A DNA stretch of 24,000 bases from assembly GCF_047525455.1 (NCBI RefSeq), contig NZ_JBLIXL010000006.1, positions 7,373 to 31,372 on the forward strand, written 5' to 3'. The stretch is from Marinomonas sp. 2405UD68-3 (GTDB lineage: Bacteria; Pseudomonadota; Gammaproteobacteria; Pseudomonadales; Marinomonadaceae). Under the pieces are notes generated by a model. That model was not told where the DNA came from, searched no databases, and saw only the letters and a program-made list of their open reading frames with translations. Of this stretch, positions 1 through 9,111 are shown piece after piece; position 1 is the first letter of the stretch, and the number at the start of each line of letters is the position of its first letter. A program made the position numbers and the translations under genes.

Positions 1-1068
1 TAAACTGTAAGTATCTGTCGTTATTTCATGAGATTTTCCAGTCTCAGGGCGAATATTAACATCATGGAATAAGCTTGAATTTTCAGAGCTTTGATTGATC
101 TGTATCGATGTTAAAGAAAGCAAATCTTTACCATACTCACCGTTATAATCTAGGCCTAATGCATTTTGAGAATTCATGCTATCAGCAAGAACGATGGCCT
201 GCTGCCCCAAGCGTCGATCCATTTCCGTTAGCATATCATTGCGATAGTCCATTAAAGCGCCTAACTGTCCACCCAGAGACTCGTTATTCAAGCCTATCTC
301 ATAACGACCAAAATCTAATTTCAGATCAAACTCTGAAGGATTTTGCTCATTAGGAGACAGTATCAACTCTTTCGCATCATCCTGTAAAACTAATGGCTGG
401 CCATTTTTTAATTGAAGCTCCATTAGACCATTAGAGTCATACGATAATTTCACATCGATCATCTCACTAATGCCTCTTGCCAATTCTTCTTGCTGATCTC
501 TCAATTCATTAGCAACACGACCACCGACAGCTTCTTGAACTGAGATCTTTTCATTCAAATTAGCGATTTGACCTGCTATTTCATTGATTTCATTAATCAC
601 TGTGCCGAGTTGACCATCCACTAGATCACTTTGACTATCCACAAAACCAGCCAACTCATTAAACTGGCTCACCATATTGGTTATATTCGTATGAACGATA
701 TCTCTCGTTGCCAAATTGGTCGGCTCTGCGTTTGCCGCTTGAAGCGCAGAGAACATATTATCAAGGTAAGTATTTAAAGAAACAGACTGATCACCGACAA
801 TTTCATCAGCCGTTGTCGCCAACTGATGATATTTTTCATAATAATTATTGGCAGATGTATCCGCCCGAACCTGCTGATTTAAGAATTGATCAACTACACG
901 ATCAGTATCACGAATCGCAACACCGCCATTTAGCGTGGAAGTAAGAATCGTAGTTTGTCGATTAAACCCAGCCGTATTAACGTTCGCTGTATTCTGCCCA
1001 GTTGTAGTAATAAGGGCACTACTGGCTTGAATACCGGACAATCCAATTGAATATAAGCTTGCACTCAT
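1..1068 (-). CDS. flgK: Flagellar hook-associated protein 1 FlgK, N-terminal 356 codons (3' end beyond window start)
   Basis: Missing from the ORF track because it runs off the window. ATG at 1068-1066 is preceded by AGGTGAG (1074-1080). I checked every codon from 1 to 1068 in this frame and found no stop. Translation begins MSASLYSIGLSGIQASSALITTTGQNTANVNTAGFNRQTTI, the conserved FlgK axial-protein N-terminus. Its position after flgJ fits flgB-L synteny. Confidence 0.85.
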   Translation of the reverse strand, partial: MSASLYSIGLSGIQASSALITTTGQNTANVNTAGFNRQTTILTSTLNGGVAIRDTDRVVDQFLNQQVRADTSANNYYEKYHQLATTADEIVGDQSVSLNTYLDNMFSALQAANAEPTNLATRDIVHTNITNMVSQFNELAGFVDSQSDLVDGQLGTVINEINEIAGQIANLNEKISVQEAVGGRVANELRDQQEELARGISEMIDVKLSYDSNGLMELQLKNGQPLVLQDDAKELILSPNEQNPSEFDLKLDFGRYEIGLNNESLGGQLGALMDYRNDMLTEMDRRLGQQAIVLADSMNSQNALGLDYNGEYGKDLLSLTSIQINQSSENSSLFHDVNIRPETGKSHEITTDTYSL

Positions 1069-1130
1069 AACGACTCACCTCGATTTCACTTCAATTTTTT
1101 TATGCTAATAGGTTAGCAAGGATATTAAGT

Positions 1131-1157
1131 CTATCGGTTAGGCATGCAAAAACTTGA
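1131..1157 (-). promoter_or_regulatory. Sigma28 (FliA)-type promoter upstream of flgK
   Basis: Minus strand reads TCAAGTTT (1157-1150), an 11-nt spacer, then ACCGATAG (1138-1131). The enteric FliA consensus is TAAAGTTT-N11-GCCGATAA. It lies about 60 nt upstream of the flgK ATG, in the 116-bp flgJ-flgK gap. Confidence 0.6.
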
Positions 1158-1184
1158 CCAATTTATGAAAAGTACTAAATCAGA

Positions 1185-2195
1185 TTAAAGAAGTGTTTCA
1201 AACCATTTACTAGAAAGGATACTGTCTATTTTCTGACTGTAATTAGGATCGGTGGCATACCCACCTTTTTGAAGATAAGCGGCAAACATTGCCGCATTAT
1301 CGCCAACTAATAAGGCATCTTTATACCGCTCACTGGTTTGAAGAAAATTAGCATAATCATTAAAGCTTTCCGCAAAGGATTCATACGCTCTGAAAGGGGC
1401 TTTTTGCTTTTTAGCCACACCATTATCGTATTCAAGCGTTGTAACAACAGCCCTCTCTCCTCCCCAACGTGAGTCCGCTTTTATACCAAACATATTAAAA
1501 CTTGCCGTTCCATCCGCCTTAGCAATAGGGAATTTCCCCCACCCTGTCTCCAAAGCCGTCTGAGCTAAAATCGCTTTAGGATTGACCCCAAGCTGTTCTC
1601 CAGCTTGCTTTGCCAATGGCCACAGCTGCTCAACAAACGCTTCGGGTGACTCAAATATCACATTTTTTACAGGAACAGGAGCGTATTGAGCAGAGCTATT
1701 CGCAGCGACATTCCCTATAGGTTGGTTATTTGAAACACTCTCTGCCTCGATGCGCTCAGACTTGTCCAATAAACGCCGACTCGCCTCTTGAGCCAACAAT
1801 TGGATTTTAGCCAAGTCTTGAGTCGCTATATTTTGCAGTAACTCCGTATCTCCCCCAGAAGAATCAAACTGAGCAATACCAGACGTACCACGTCCTTCAA
1901 ATTGCCTAATCAACGCATCAGCCAACCCAACACCACCAGATTTCGCCATTGATTGTGCCATTTGAGAATCTAACATTTCTTCATATTGACGAGTTTGATT
2001 ACTAGAAAACAAATCACTCCCACCAATCAGCTCATTAGAACTGCGCATGTTTTTTAGTAGCATCCCAATAAAAATTGACTCAAACTCTTGAGCAACTTTT
2101 TTCAACGCAGCCCCAGGGTCCTTTTGAGCTTGCGTTTTCAATGCTGCCAATGAAGAGAAATCAGCATAAAAATCATTTGAATTAATTTTATTCAT
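1185..2195 (-). CDS. flgJ: Flagellar rod-assembly protein / peptidoglycan hydrolase FlgJ
   Basis: 336 aa. N-terminal rod-binding block (EFESIFIGMLLKNMRSS). C-terminal glucosaminidase-type block (AQTALETGWGK, MFGIKA, GGYATDPNY). ATG 2195 with GGTGGTGAG upstream. Synteny after flgI. Confidence 0.9.
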   Translation of the reverse strand: MNKINSNDFYADFSSLAALKTQAQKDPGAALKKVAQEFESIFIGMLLKNMRSSNELIGGSDLFSSNQTRQYEEMLDSQMAQSMAKSGGVGLADALIRQFEGRGTSGIAQFDSSGGDTELLQNIATQDLAKIQLLAQEASRRLLDKSERIEAESVSNNQPIGNVAANSSAQYAPVPVKNVIFESPEAFVEQLWPLAKQAGEQLGVNPKAILAQTALETGWGKFPIAKADGTASFNMFGIKADSRWGGERAVVTTLEYDNGVAKKQKAPFRAYESFAESFNDYANFLQTSERYKDALLVGDNAAMFAAYLQKGGYATDPNYSQKIDSILSSKWFETLL

Positions 2196-2243
2196 AACTT
2201 CTCACCACCTAAATATTATGCATCCAACTCAGTTAAACAAACA

Positions 2244-3329
2244 TCATATTACAACCAAATCAGCATTCAATGCACCCGCTTGCTTTAACCCTTCAAGTAT
2301 CGCCATTACATCACCAGGGGCCGCACCCACTTGATTAACCGCCCTTACAATGTCATTGAGAGAAGCACCTGGGTCAAATAGAAACATATGACCACTGTCT
2401 TCATCAACCGTGATTTCGGTTCTTGGAGCAAGAATCGTCTCCCCTCCAGCCAATGCGTTGGGTTGACCGATTTCTGGATTCTCTTTAATTGTTACCGTAA
2501 GACTACCGTGAGTCACGGCTGCTGGGGTTACTGTTACATTTTGACCAATTATAATGGTTCCCGTACGAGAGTTAATCACAATTTTAGCTCGCTCTTTTCC
2601 AAGCTCGACTTCTAAGTTTTCTAAAATTGATAAGAAAGCCACTCGTTGGCTAGGGTCTCTCGGGGCAGAGACACGTATAGACGTAGCATCTAACGTTTGA
2701 GCAACACTCGGCCCTAGTAAGTTATTAATGCGATCCGTCACATGCTTGGCTGTCGTAAAATCAGGTCGATGCAAATTAAAAGTCAACGTATCACCACGAT
2801 TAAAGCTACTTGGCACAACTCTTTCAACCGAGGCGCCATTTGGAATACGACCTACTGTAGGTATATTAACTGATAGCCTAGAACCATCCGCACCTTGCAC
2901 ACCCAACCCACCAACAACTAAGTTGCCCTGAGCAATAGCATAAACCTCACCATCAGCCCCTTTCAGAGTAGACAACAACAATGTGCCCCCCCTTAAACTG
3001 CTCGAATTGCCTATAGAAGATGCCGTCACATCAATATTCTGCCCCGGTTTTGAAAAAGCAGGCAATGTTGCAGTTAAAGAAACCGCAGCCACATTATCTG
3101 AATCTGTTGACACTCCTTCCGGCAAAGTAATACCAAATTGGGACAACATACTGGCAAAACTCTGCTCAGTGAACGCAGTGCTGTCTCCAGTGCCGTTTAA
3201 CCCAATAACCAAACCATATCCAAACAATTTATTATCACGAACTCCTTCCACAGAAGTGATGTCTTTTAATCTTTCTGCATAAGAAAAGCTAGAAACAATC
3301 AACAATAGAAAAATAAATAACGATCTCAT
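2244..3329 (-). CDS. flgI: Flagellar P-ring protein FlgI
   Basis: 361 aa. Signal peptide [18 protein letters not shown]. Conserved blocks [13 protein letters not shown] and VGRIPNGA, and the LNADLVVI C-terminus. Confidence 0.95.
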   Translation of the reverse strand: MRSLFIFLLLIVSSFSYAERLKDITSVEGVRDNKLFGYGLVIGLNGTGDSTAFTEQSFASMLSQFGITLPEGVSTDSDNVAAVSLTATLPAFSKPGQNIDVTASSIGNSSSLRGGTLLLSTLKGADGEVYAIAQGNLVVGGLGVQGADGSRLSVNIPTVGRIPNGASVERVVPSSFNRGDTLTFNLHRPDFTTAKHVTDRINNLLGPSVAQTLDATSIRVSAPRDPSQRVAFLSILENLEVELGKERAKIVINSRTGTIIIGQNVTVTPAAVTHGSLTVTIKENPEIGQPNALAGGETILAPRTEITVDEDSGHMFLFDPGASLNDIVRAVNQVGAAPGDVMAILEGLKQAGALNADLVVI

Positions 3330-3352
3330 AACATCAGCCTAAGTAGATTTCG

Positions 3353-4015
3353 TTAGAACGGCATCCAGCTTGAATTAACAAACCGACTTAACCACCCCTG
3401 TTTGCTTCCTTCAGCAAGCTCACCCGTACCGGAGTAAGCAATCCTTGCATCCGCCAAGCGAGTTGAGCTGATTGTATTATCAGCACCAATATCAGCATCT
3501 CTAACCAACCCAGAGACCCTTATATATTCTTGACCCCGATTAAGTGTAATCCATTTCTCACCACGAACAGCAAGCAACCCATTTGGATAAATATTGTAAA
3601 CAGTAACCGTAATACTTCCTGACAAACTGTTGCTTTGGTTCGCATCCGCGCTACCAGAAAAATCTGTAGAGGTACTAGGTAAGTTTGTATCCAGACCGAT
3701 AGGAACCCCTAATAAGGTTGGATTCGTAATAGTAGAAGAAGACGATTTAGATAAACTGGACGCATTCGATTTGGTTGATCGAGTACTTTCACTCAAATTA
3801 ACAGTAAGAATATCACCAATTTGCCTTGCTTTTTTATCACCAAAAAAGATGTCCCCCATCCCAGCCTGATAAATACTACCATCCGCCCTATTATTCGCCT
3901 GAATACGCTCCTGAATAACTGGCGCATAAAATGGATCATCTGATGTTGGGGTGGGTTCTACGACAGCACAACCAACTAAAAACACCATAAAAACAGTTAA
4001 CGTAAACAGTTTCAT
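3353..4015 (-). CDS. flgH: Flagellar L-ring lipoprotein FlgH
   Basis: The ORF-track start at 4060 would overlap the flgG 3' end. ATG 4015 has AGGTGG upstream and yields MKLFTLTVFMVFLVGC with a lipobox (LVGC). The FlgH-like body includes GDILTVNLSE and YIRVSGLVR. Confidence 0.9.
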   Translation of the reverse strand: MKLFTLTVFMVFLVGCAVVEPTPTSDDPFYAPVIQERIQANNRADGSIYQAGMGDIFFGDKKARQIGDILTVNLSESTRSTKSNASSLSKSSSSTITNPTLLGVPIGLDTNLPSTSTDFSGSADANQSNSLSGSITVTVYNIYPNGLLAVRGEKWITLNRGQEYIRVSGLVRDADIGADNTISSTRLADARIAYSGTGELAEGSKQGWLSRFVNSSWMPF

Positions 4016-4034
4016 AATACCACCTAATCTCACC

Positions 4035-4820
4035 TTAGAGCTGCTGAGTAACAAAACCAAGCATAGAGTCTGCCGTCGAAATTACTTTAGAATTCATTTC
4101 GTACGCTCTTTGAGTTGTTATCAAATTAACCAGTTCTTCAACAGAATTCACGTTAGATGCTTCCAACATCCCTTGTCGCAGCCCCCCCAATGAATCCTCT
4201 CCAGGAACACCAACAATCGGCGCACCACTGGCATTGGTTTCGGTAAATAAGTTTTGACCAATAGCAGTAAGGCCCGATGAATTGATAAAGCCTGCAATAT
4301 TTATCGCTCCAACTTCTTCCGTATCAGTTTGACCCGCTCTTAACACCGAAACAACGCCATCATCACCTATAGTAATCTCAACTACGTCTGGATCAATCGT
4401 CACAGCAGGCTCAAGCAGTAAACCATTCGGAGTAACAATTTGCCCATCACTGTTTAACTGAAAACTACCATCTCTTGTATAACCAACAGTTCCGTCAGGT
4501 TGCAAAACTTGAAAAAAGCCGTCACCTTGAATTGCAACATCAAGCTGACGATCAGTCACATTATAGTCACCTTCTGAAAAATCTTTCTGCGTCGCTGTGA
4601 CTCGCACACCTGACCCAATCTGCAAACCCGACGGCAACTCATTGTTTTGAGAACTTAATCCTCCAGGTTGTCTCACCGTATGGTACAAAAGATCTTCAAA
4701 TACAGCCCTATCTTTCTTAAAGCCAACAGTAGATATGTTTGCCAAGTTATTTGAAACAACAGACAATTGCTTATCCATTGCACTTAAGCCTGTTCTACTA
4801 ATCCAGAGCGCTGAATGCAT
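4035..4820 (-). CDS. flgG: Flagellar distal rod protein FlgG
   Basis: 261 aa. N-terminus SNNLANISTVGFKKDR and C-terminus LEASNVNSVEELVNLITTQRAYEMNSKVI are typical FlgG. AAGAAGG sits upstream of ATG 4820. Confidence 0.95.
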   Translation of the reverse strand: MHSALWISRTGLSAMDKQLSVVSNNLANISTVGFKKDRAVFEDLLYHTVRQPGGLSSQNNELPSGLQIGSGVRVTATQKDFSEGDYNVTDRQLDVAIQGDGFFQVLQPDGTVGYTRDGSFQLNSDGQIVTPNGLLLEPAVTIDPDVVEITIGDDGVVSVLRAGQTDTEEVGAINIAGFINSSGLTAIGQNLFTETNASGAPIVGVPGEDSLGGLRQGMLEASNVNSVEELVNLITTQRAYEMNSKVISTADSMLGFVTQQL

Positions 4821-4892
4821 ACTATTACCTTCTTATTAATTTATCTAAAACAATACGGCGATAATTTATTTTGTGCTTATTTTGCTGCTATT

Positions 4893-5636
4893 TTAACCAT
4901 TACGCTGCAATATGCGTGCCGCAGCATTTTCATTATTTCTAACCGTATCCATAACTTTGATATTAAGCTCAAAACGCCGAGATAAATTCATTATATGAGT
5001 CATCTCTTCAACCGCATTAACATTACTGCCTTCGATAAACCCCGATATTATTTTTGCATCAGGGCTCTGATCAAATACTTGACCATCCTTCCCATATATC
5101 AAACCACTGCTCCCCTTTTCCAATTGCTTTGTATCCGGAGAAACCAGTTTAACTTGATTAATCACAGCAATTTCAGCCAAGGTTCCACCCTGAGGAACAA
5201 TCGAAATCGTACCGTCATCACCAAAATTAATCTGATCTAGAGGAGGCAGAAAAATTGGCCCATCATTCCCCATAACAGGCAATCCTGTTGCGGTTACAAG
5301 TTGGCCAGAGGATGTAATTTGAAGGTTACCCGCACGAGTATAAGACTCACGCCCTAATTCATCTTGAACGGTAATAAAACCTTTATCTTGGATGGCTATA
5401 TCCAGATTACGATCTGTTTGAATCAATCCACCCGATTCAAAACGCGTACCAGGATTTTCTGTCATTGCATACACACGAGAAGGAAAGTGCTCGCCATTAA
5501 TTTGCATTGAACGCGCTTGTTCAAAATCAGAACGAAAACCTGTTGTACTGACATTTGCCAAATTATTAGCATGGACCGTTTGAGCGTGCATAGTCTGTTT
5601 GCCACCGCTCATGGCAAGGTAGAGTGCTCTATCCAT
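4893..5636 (-). CDS. flgF: Flagellar proximal rod protein FlgF
   Basis: 247 aa. Axial-protein N-terminus (ANNLANVSTTGFR) and C-terminus (EGSNVNAVEEMTHIMNLSRRFE). Located between flgE and flgG. GAGGG upstream of the ATG. Confidence 0.9.
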   Translation of the reverse strand: MDRALYLAMSGGKQTMHAQTVHANNLANVSTTGFRSDFEQARSMQINGEHFPSRVYAMTENPGTRFESGGLIQTDRNLDIAIQDKGFITVQDELGRESYTRAGNLQITSSGQLVTATGLPVMGNDGPIFLPPLDQINFGDDGTISIVPQGGTLAEIAVINQVKLVSPDTKQLEKGSSGLIYGKDGQVFDQSPDAKIISGFIEGSNVNAVEEMTHIMNLSRRFELNIKVMDTVRNNENAAARILQRNG

Positions 5637-5653
5637 TCAACATACCCTCAAAA

Positions 5654-5703
5654 AAAAGAATCTATACAGACAATACAATAAGTATGCCAGTATAGATTCT
5701 TTT
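5654..5703 (-). terminator. Intrinsic terminator after flgE
   Basis: Perfect 11-bp inverted repeat AGAATCTATAC (5657-5667) / GTATAGATTCT (5690-5700), extendable by A:T pairs. On the minus-strand transcript it is followed by a run of 7-8 U (plus-strand A run 5650-5657). The loop is unusually long at 22 nt. Confidence 0.55.
5675..5689 (-). promoter_or_regulatory. Sigma54-like -24/-12 element upstream of flgF (imperfect)
   Basis: Minus strand reads TGGCAT-ACTTA-TTGT, against the consensus TGGCAC-N5-TTGC. Spacing is correct, but the -12 GC is GT. It lies about 38 nt upstream of the flgF ATG, inside the terminator loop. Confidence 0.3.
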
Positions 5704-5780
5704 AGAAAGGTAGCTTATTAATGCACATAGAACGACATCAAGCTAAAGAAGATCAATTAAAAAATCGATCTAAATAATCA

Positions 5781-7478
5781 TTATAAGTTAATAATCGTCT
5801 GAGTTACCGTGTTTTCTGTCTCTAGGGTTTTCGAGTTTGCCTGATAGTTCCTTTGAGCTTCGATCAACGCAACCAATTCAGAAGTTAAGTCCACATTCGA
5901 CTCCTCAAGAGCACCGCCTCGAATACTACCAAGCGTCCCAGTGTTCGCTCGGCCAACGTTTGCCGCCCCAGAGCTAGAGCTTGCCGCCCACGCCGTATTC
6001 CCCACAGGACTTAAGCCATCTGTATTGTCAAACGTTGCCAAAGCCACTTGCCCCAAAATTGCAGTTTGTTGATTAGTATAAGTTGCCAACAAAGAACCGT
6101 CCTCATCAAAAGACACTCCTTGCAACTCACCCGCAGCAAAACCATCCTGCTCAAATTCATCATTACTGTCCAATGCATATTGAGTTGAACCAGTCAGATC
6201 CACAGGAATCTCTGCAGTTGGATCAGTAGGATCAAAACCTGTAATAGAAAGCTGAACAGGAGACGATATTGCAAATGGTGGAAACCCTTCAAACGTTCCC
6301 GACAAATTACCCGACACATCAAACGTTACCACAGTATCTTCAGGTACAAAACGAGTTGGAAGCCCTGTAACGGGGTCATTAAACGTTTGCCTTCCATCAA
6401 CCGTTACTTTTAGTTCATACGTGTTTGCTTCGCCTTGCTGAATAAAATAATAACCAAGCGTATGGACATCTCCTAAAGCATCATAAATATTTTTTGTATT
6501 TCCATAATTGTAACTTGAAGGATCAGCTGGATCGAAAGCATTCCTACTAACATTCGATGGTTCAATCACATTTGCAACAACCAAGGAATCAGCAATGGCG
6601 ATACCATTTAAATTACCTGCCAAGGAAAAATTCGCCTGATTCAGAGCAGCAACATCTGAAACCTGAGGTAAATTTGTGCCAGAATAAAGAACCTGAGACC
6701 CACCAGGCTGTACCACCCCAAGAGCATCTCGATAGCCATCCTCACCATTAAAAGTAATAAATTGATCCGTAAGCCATTCCGCTCCACTATCATCAGTCGG
6801 AGAACCATCAACCGTCGCGTACACCTGATACGTGTTCGGCAACTCTGATTTAGCATAATAATAAGTGACTATATGATTTTGCGGTGGAACCTGACCATCA
6901 GCAACTGTCTGTGTTTGAGTATAATTAAACGTTTCAGGATCAGTCGGATCGAATACATCAACTATAAACGCAGGCACATCATCCGATCTAAAATCCAACT
7001 GGACCTCAATAGCCACCTCAGCAGTAGCCTGCGGCGCAATACGCTCTGTTGGTACAATAAGATCCTCAAGATTACCCCCGACAATACCATCTACAGCATT
7101 ATAACCTTGTACATTCGCGCCATCATTAGTAACCAAGAAACCCTCTTCGTCCAACTTAAAGTCACCAGCCCGAGTGTATATCTGAGTACCACCTTCATCC
7201 AAAACAAAAAAGCCATTCCCATCAACTGCCAAATCTAGGTTACTACCTGTATCCGAAATATTACCCGGGGCAAATTGCTGAGCCACATTATTGACACTGA
7301 CACCCGAACCAATGGCATTATTGCTCCCTGCACCAACCACACTGGTATTATAAAGATCACCAAACTCCACTCGGGAACGCTTAAAGCCAGTTGTATCGGA
7401 GTTTGCAATGTTATTACCTGTAGCGCTCAAAAAATCTGCAGAAGCCTTGATACCTGAAAGTGCTGTATTAAATCCCAT
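5781..7478 (-). CDS. flgE: Flagellar hook protein FlgE (enlarged, 565 aa)
   Basis: N-terminus MGFNTALSGIKA...NNIANSDTTGFKRS. C-terminus LEESNVDLTSELVALIEAQRNYQANSKT. GGAGGG upstream of ATG 7478. The central region is longer than the roughly 400-aa enteric hook protein. Confidence 0.9.
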   Translation of the reverse strand: MGFNTALSGIKASADFLSATGNNIANSDTTGFKRSRVEFGDLYNTSVVGAGSNNAIGSGVSVNNVAQQFAPGNISDTGSNLDLAVDGNGFFVLDEGGTQIYTRAGDFKLDEEGFLVTNDGANVQGYNAVDGIVGGNLEDLIVPTERIAPQATAEVAIEVQLDFRSDDVPAFIVDVFDPTDPETFNYTQTQTVADGQVPPQNHIVTYYYAKSELPNTYQVYATVDGSPTDDSGAEWLTDQFITFNGEDGYRDALGVVQPGGSQVLYSGTNLPQVSDVAALNQANFSLAGNLNGIAIADSLVVANVIEPSNVSRNAFDPADPSSYNYGNTKNIYDALGDVHTLGYYFIQQGEANTYELKVTVDGRQTFNDPVTGLPTRFVPEDTVVTFDVSGNLSGTFEGFPPFAISSPVQLSITGFDPTDPTAEIPVDLTGSTQYALDSNDEFEQDGFAAGELQGVSFDEDGSLLATYTNQQTAILGQVALATFDNTDGLSPVGNTAWAASSSSGAANVGRANTGTLGSIRGGALEESNVDLTSELVALIEAQRNYQANSKTLETENTVTQTIINL

Positions 7479-7490
7479 AACGCCCTCCGA

Positions 7491-8183
7491 TTAACCTATT
7501 ATTTCCAATCCACCTGTCAGGCTAATTTTGCCATGACCAGCTACATTAAGCTCAGTGCCATTCGCACCATTAATTGTGACCCCCTGAATTCGCGCAGGGA
7601 GCAGAGTACTTAAATCCAAAGTATCACCATCAAACGTTTTTCCAGTTGCTGAGAAAGTATAATTGCCAGACGGCAATGAATTGCCATCCTTATCTCTACC
7701 ATCCCATTTAAATTCTTTTGAGGTTAGTTCAAACTCATTAACCACACTCCCATCTGCATTAGATATTTTCAAGGTGGTCCCCTGAACATCGTCAGGTATG
7801 CCCACTCTCAAAGAAACATCACCACCCTCAACAAGCTCTGCCGAATTCTGAGCCACAAACACAGATTTACCCACCAGCGTTGACGCTCCAAGAGCCTGAC
7901 TGGATGTTAAAGACGCAGCCATAGCTTCGATACGCGTTGAAATGGTCGTCAACTGCTCAACCTGATTAAATTGAGACATTTGAGCAACCATGTCATTTGT
8001 ATCTTGAGGAGCAGTAGGGTCTTGATTTTTTAGCTGCTCAATATAAAGAGTCATAAAGACATCTTGATCCCCAATGTTCGCTTTTTCAACTGCAGTTTGC
8101 TCATCTACCCCAGAGCTTTTCTTAGCTTTATCGGTGCCATATTGAGCAATTAAACTACTAAAACCACTGTTTATTTCAGACAT
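7491..8183 (-). CDS. flgD: Flagellar hook capping/assembly protein FlgD
   Basis: 230 aa. FlgD N-terminal block FMTLYIEQLKNQDPTAPQD. C-terminal block KWDGRDKDGNSLPSGNYTF. Synteny between flgC and flgE. Confidence 0.9.
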   Translation of the reverse strand: MSEINSGFSSLIAQYGTDKAKKSSGVDEQTAVEKANIGDQDVFMTLYIEQLKNQDPTAPQDTNDMVAQMSQFNQVEQLTTISTRIEAMAASLTSSQALGASTLVGKSVFVAQNSAELVEGGDVSLRVGIPDDVQGTTLKISNADGSVVNEFELTSKEFKWDGRDKDGNSLPSGNYTFSATGKTFDGDTLDLSTLLPARIQGVTINGANGTELNVAGHGKISLTGGLEIIG

Positions 8184-8192
8184 ACATCACCC

Positions 8193-8642
8193 CTAAGACT
8201 GACCAAGTGTCAAGACTTTCTGCATCATGCTTTTAGCCGAATTCATAATCTCAACATTCGTCTGAAAAGACCGAGAAGCCGACATCATATCCGCCATCTC
8301 TTCGACTGGATTTACATTCGGGTAAAAAACAAAACCCGTTTCATTTGCCATAGGATGATCAGGCTCATATCTAGGCTGCAAAGGGGCGTCAGATTCAACA
8401 ATACCCTTTATTTGCACCCCAATCCCAGCACCCATCCCATCATCATTTACATTGTTCCAACCATGAGACTTCATAGACTCATCAAACATTTCAGCGAAAA
8501 CAGGCTTACGAGCACGATACGTCTGATCGACAGAGCTTGAAACACTGTCCACGTTCGCAATATTACTTGCTACTGTATTTAGACGAACAGACTGAGCACT
8601 CATTGCCGACCCAGCAATGGCAAAAATATTATTTAAAGACAT
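8193..8642 (-). CDS. flgC: Flagellar proximal rod protein FlgC
   Basis: 149 aa. RLNTVASNIANVDS at the N-terminus and VNPVEEMADMMSASRSFQTNVE at the C-terminus, typical FlgC. Confidence 0.95.
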   Translation of the reverse strand: MSLNNIFAIAGSAMSAQSVRLNTVASNIANVDSVSSSVDQTYRARKPVFAEMFDESMKSHGWNNVNDDGMGAGIGVQIKGIVESDAPLQPRYEPDHPMANETGFVFYPNVNPVEEMADMMSASRSFQTNVEIMNSAKSMMQKVLTLGQS

Positions 8643-8644
8643 TA

Positions 8645-9049
8645 CTAACGCCCTCCTGATAGAGCTTTTTTCATACCGCTAATTTTTCGATCCAGAAACA
8701 AAAAACTAGTATCGAACTGCAAAGAGTTTTGAGCAAACTCAGCTTGCTCTCTTTGCATATCAACCGTATTACCATCCAAAGATGGCTGACTAGGCGTACG
8801 ATACAAAAGAGCGTCCGCATCAATAGAAGTAAATCCTGAGGTCTGAGAAAGATGCTTTTCATTCGTTACGTCCATTGATAATTGACTGCGCATAGATTGA
8901 CTCATCATTGACTCAAAACTAATATCACGAGCTTTATAATTAGGTGTATCTGAATTGGCTATATTATTCGCCAATACAGCAGAGCGAGCACTTCGAAATA
9001 ACAACGCTTTATCATGCCCTGCAAGCGCACCTTCAAATGTAATCGCCAT
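8645..9049 (-). CDS. flgB: Flagellar proximal rod protein FlgB
   Basis: 134 aa. SAVLANNIANSDTPNYKARD block, plus DGNTVDMQREQAEFAQNSLQF at the C-terminus. It is the first gene after a 250-bp non-coding region. Confidence 0.95.
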   Translation of the reverse strand: MAITFEGALAGHDKALLFRSARSAVLANNIANSDTPNYKARDISFESMMSQSMRSQLSMDVTNEKHLSQTSGFTSIDADALLYRTPSQPSLDGNTVDMQREQAEFAQNSLQFDTSFLFLDRKISGMKKALSGGR

Positions 9050-9095
9050 CTACACACCCCAAAAATCAAACAATTAATAACCCTAATAGAAACTA

Positions 9096-9111
9096 AGCAA
9101 AATGGATGCCA
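9096..9111 (-). promoter_or_regulatory. Sigma54 -24/-12 promoter of the flgB operon
   Basis: Minus strand reads TGGCAT-CCATT-TTGCT, against the consensus TGGCAC-N5-TTGCW. The GG and GC are at the exact consensus spacing. The -12 element is about 45 nt upstream of the flgB ATG. Sigma54 control of flgB operons is established in Vibrio and Pseudomonas polar flagella. Confidence 0.65.

Noticed and set aside
108-944. Plus-strand ORFs 108-353 and 708-944
   Set aside because: Both lie antisense inside the flgK reading frame, which is open across 1-1068 and gives a recognisable FlgK sequence. Their translations are low-complexity with no family resemblance.
2388-3282. Plus-strand ORFs antisense to flgI (2388-2615, 2728-2931, 2983-3282). 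Similar antisense ORFs occur inside flgH, flgF, flgE, flgC, cheV, flgA, flgN, trpC and the phosphohexomutase.
   Set aside because: Each is fully nested opposite a well-supported conserved gene. None has a ribosome-binding site or a recognisable motif. They are typical shadow ORFs.
4016-4060. N-terminal extensions in the ORF track: flgH from 4060, cheV from 11183 and trpD from 20424
   Set aside because: The longer flgH and cheV starts lack a Shine-Dalgarno sequence; the flgH extension overlaps flgG, and the trpD start is a TTG only 6 nt upstream of the ATG. Internal ATGs at 4015, 11117 and 20418 have good SD sequences and give canonical N-termini, including a lipoprotein signal for FlgH.
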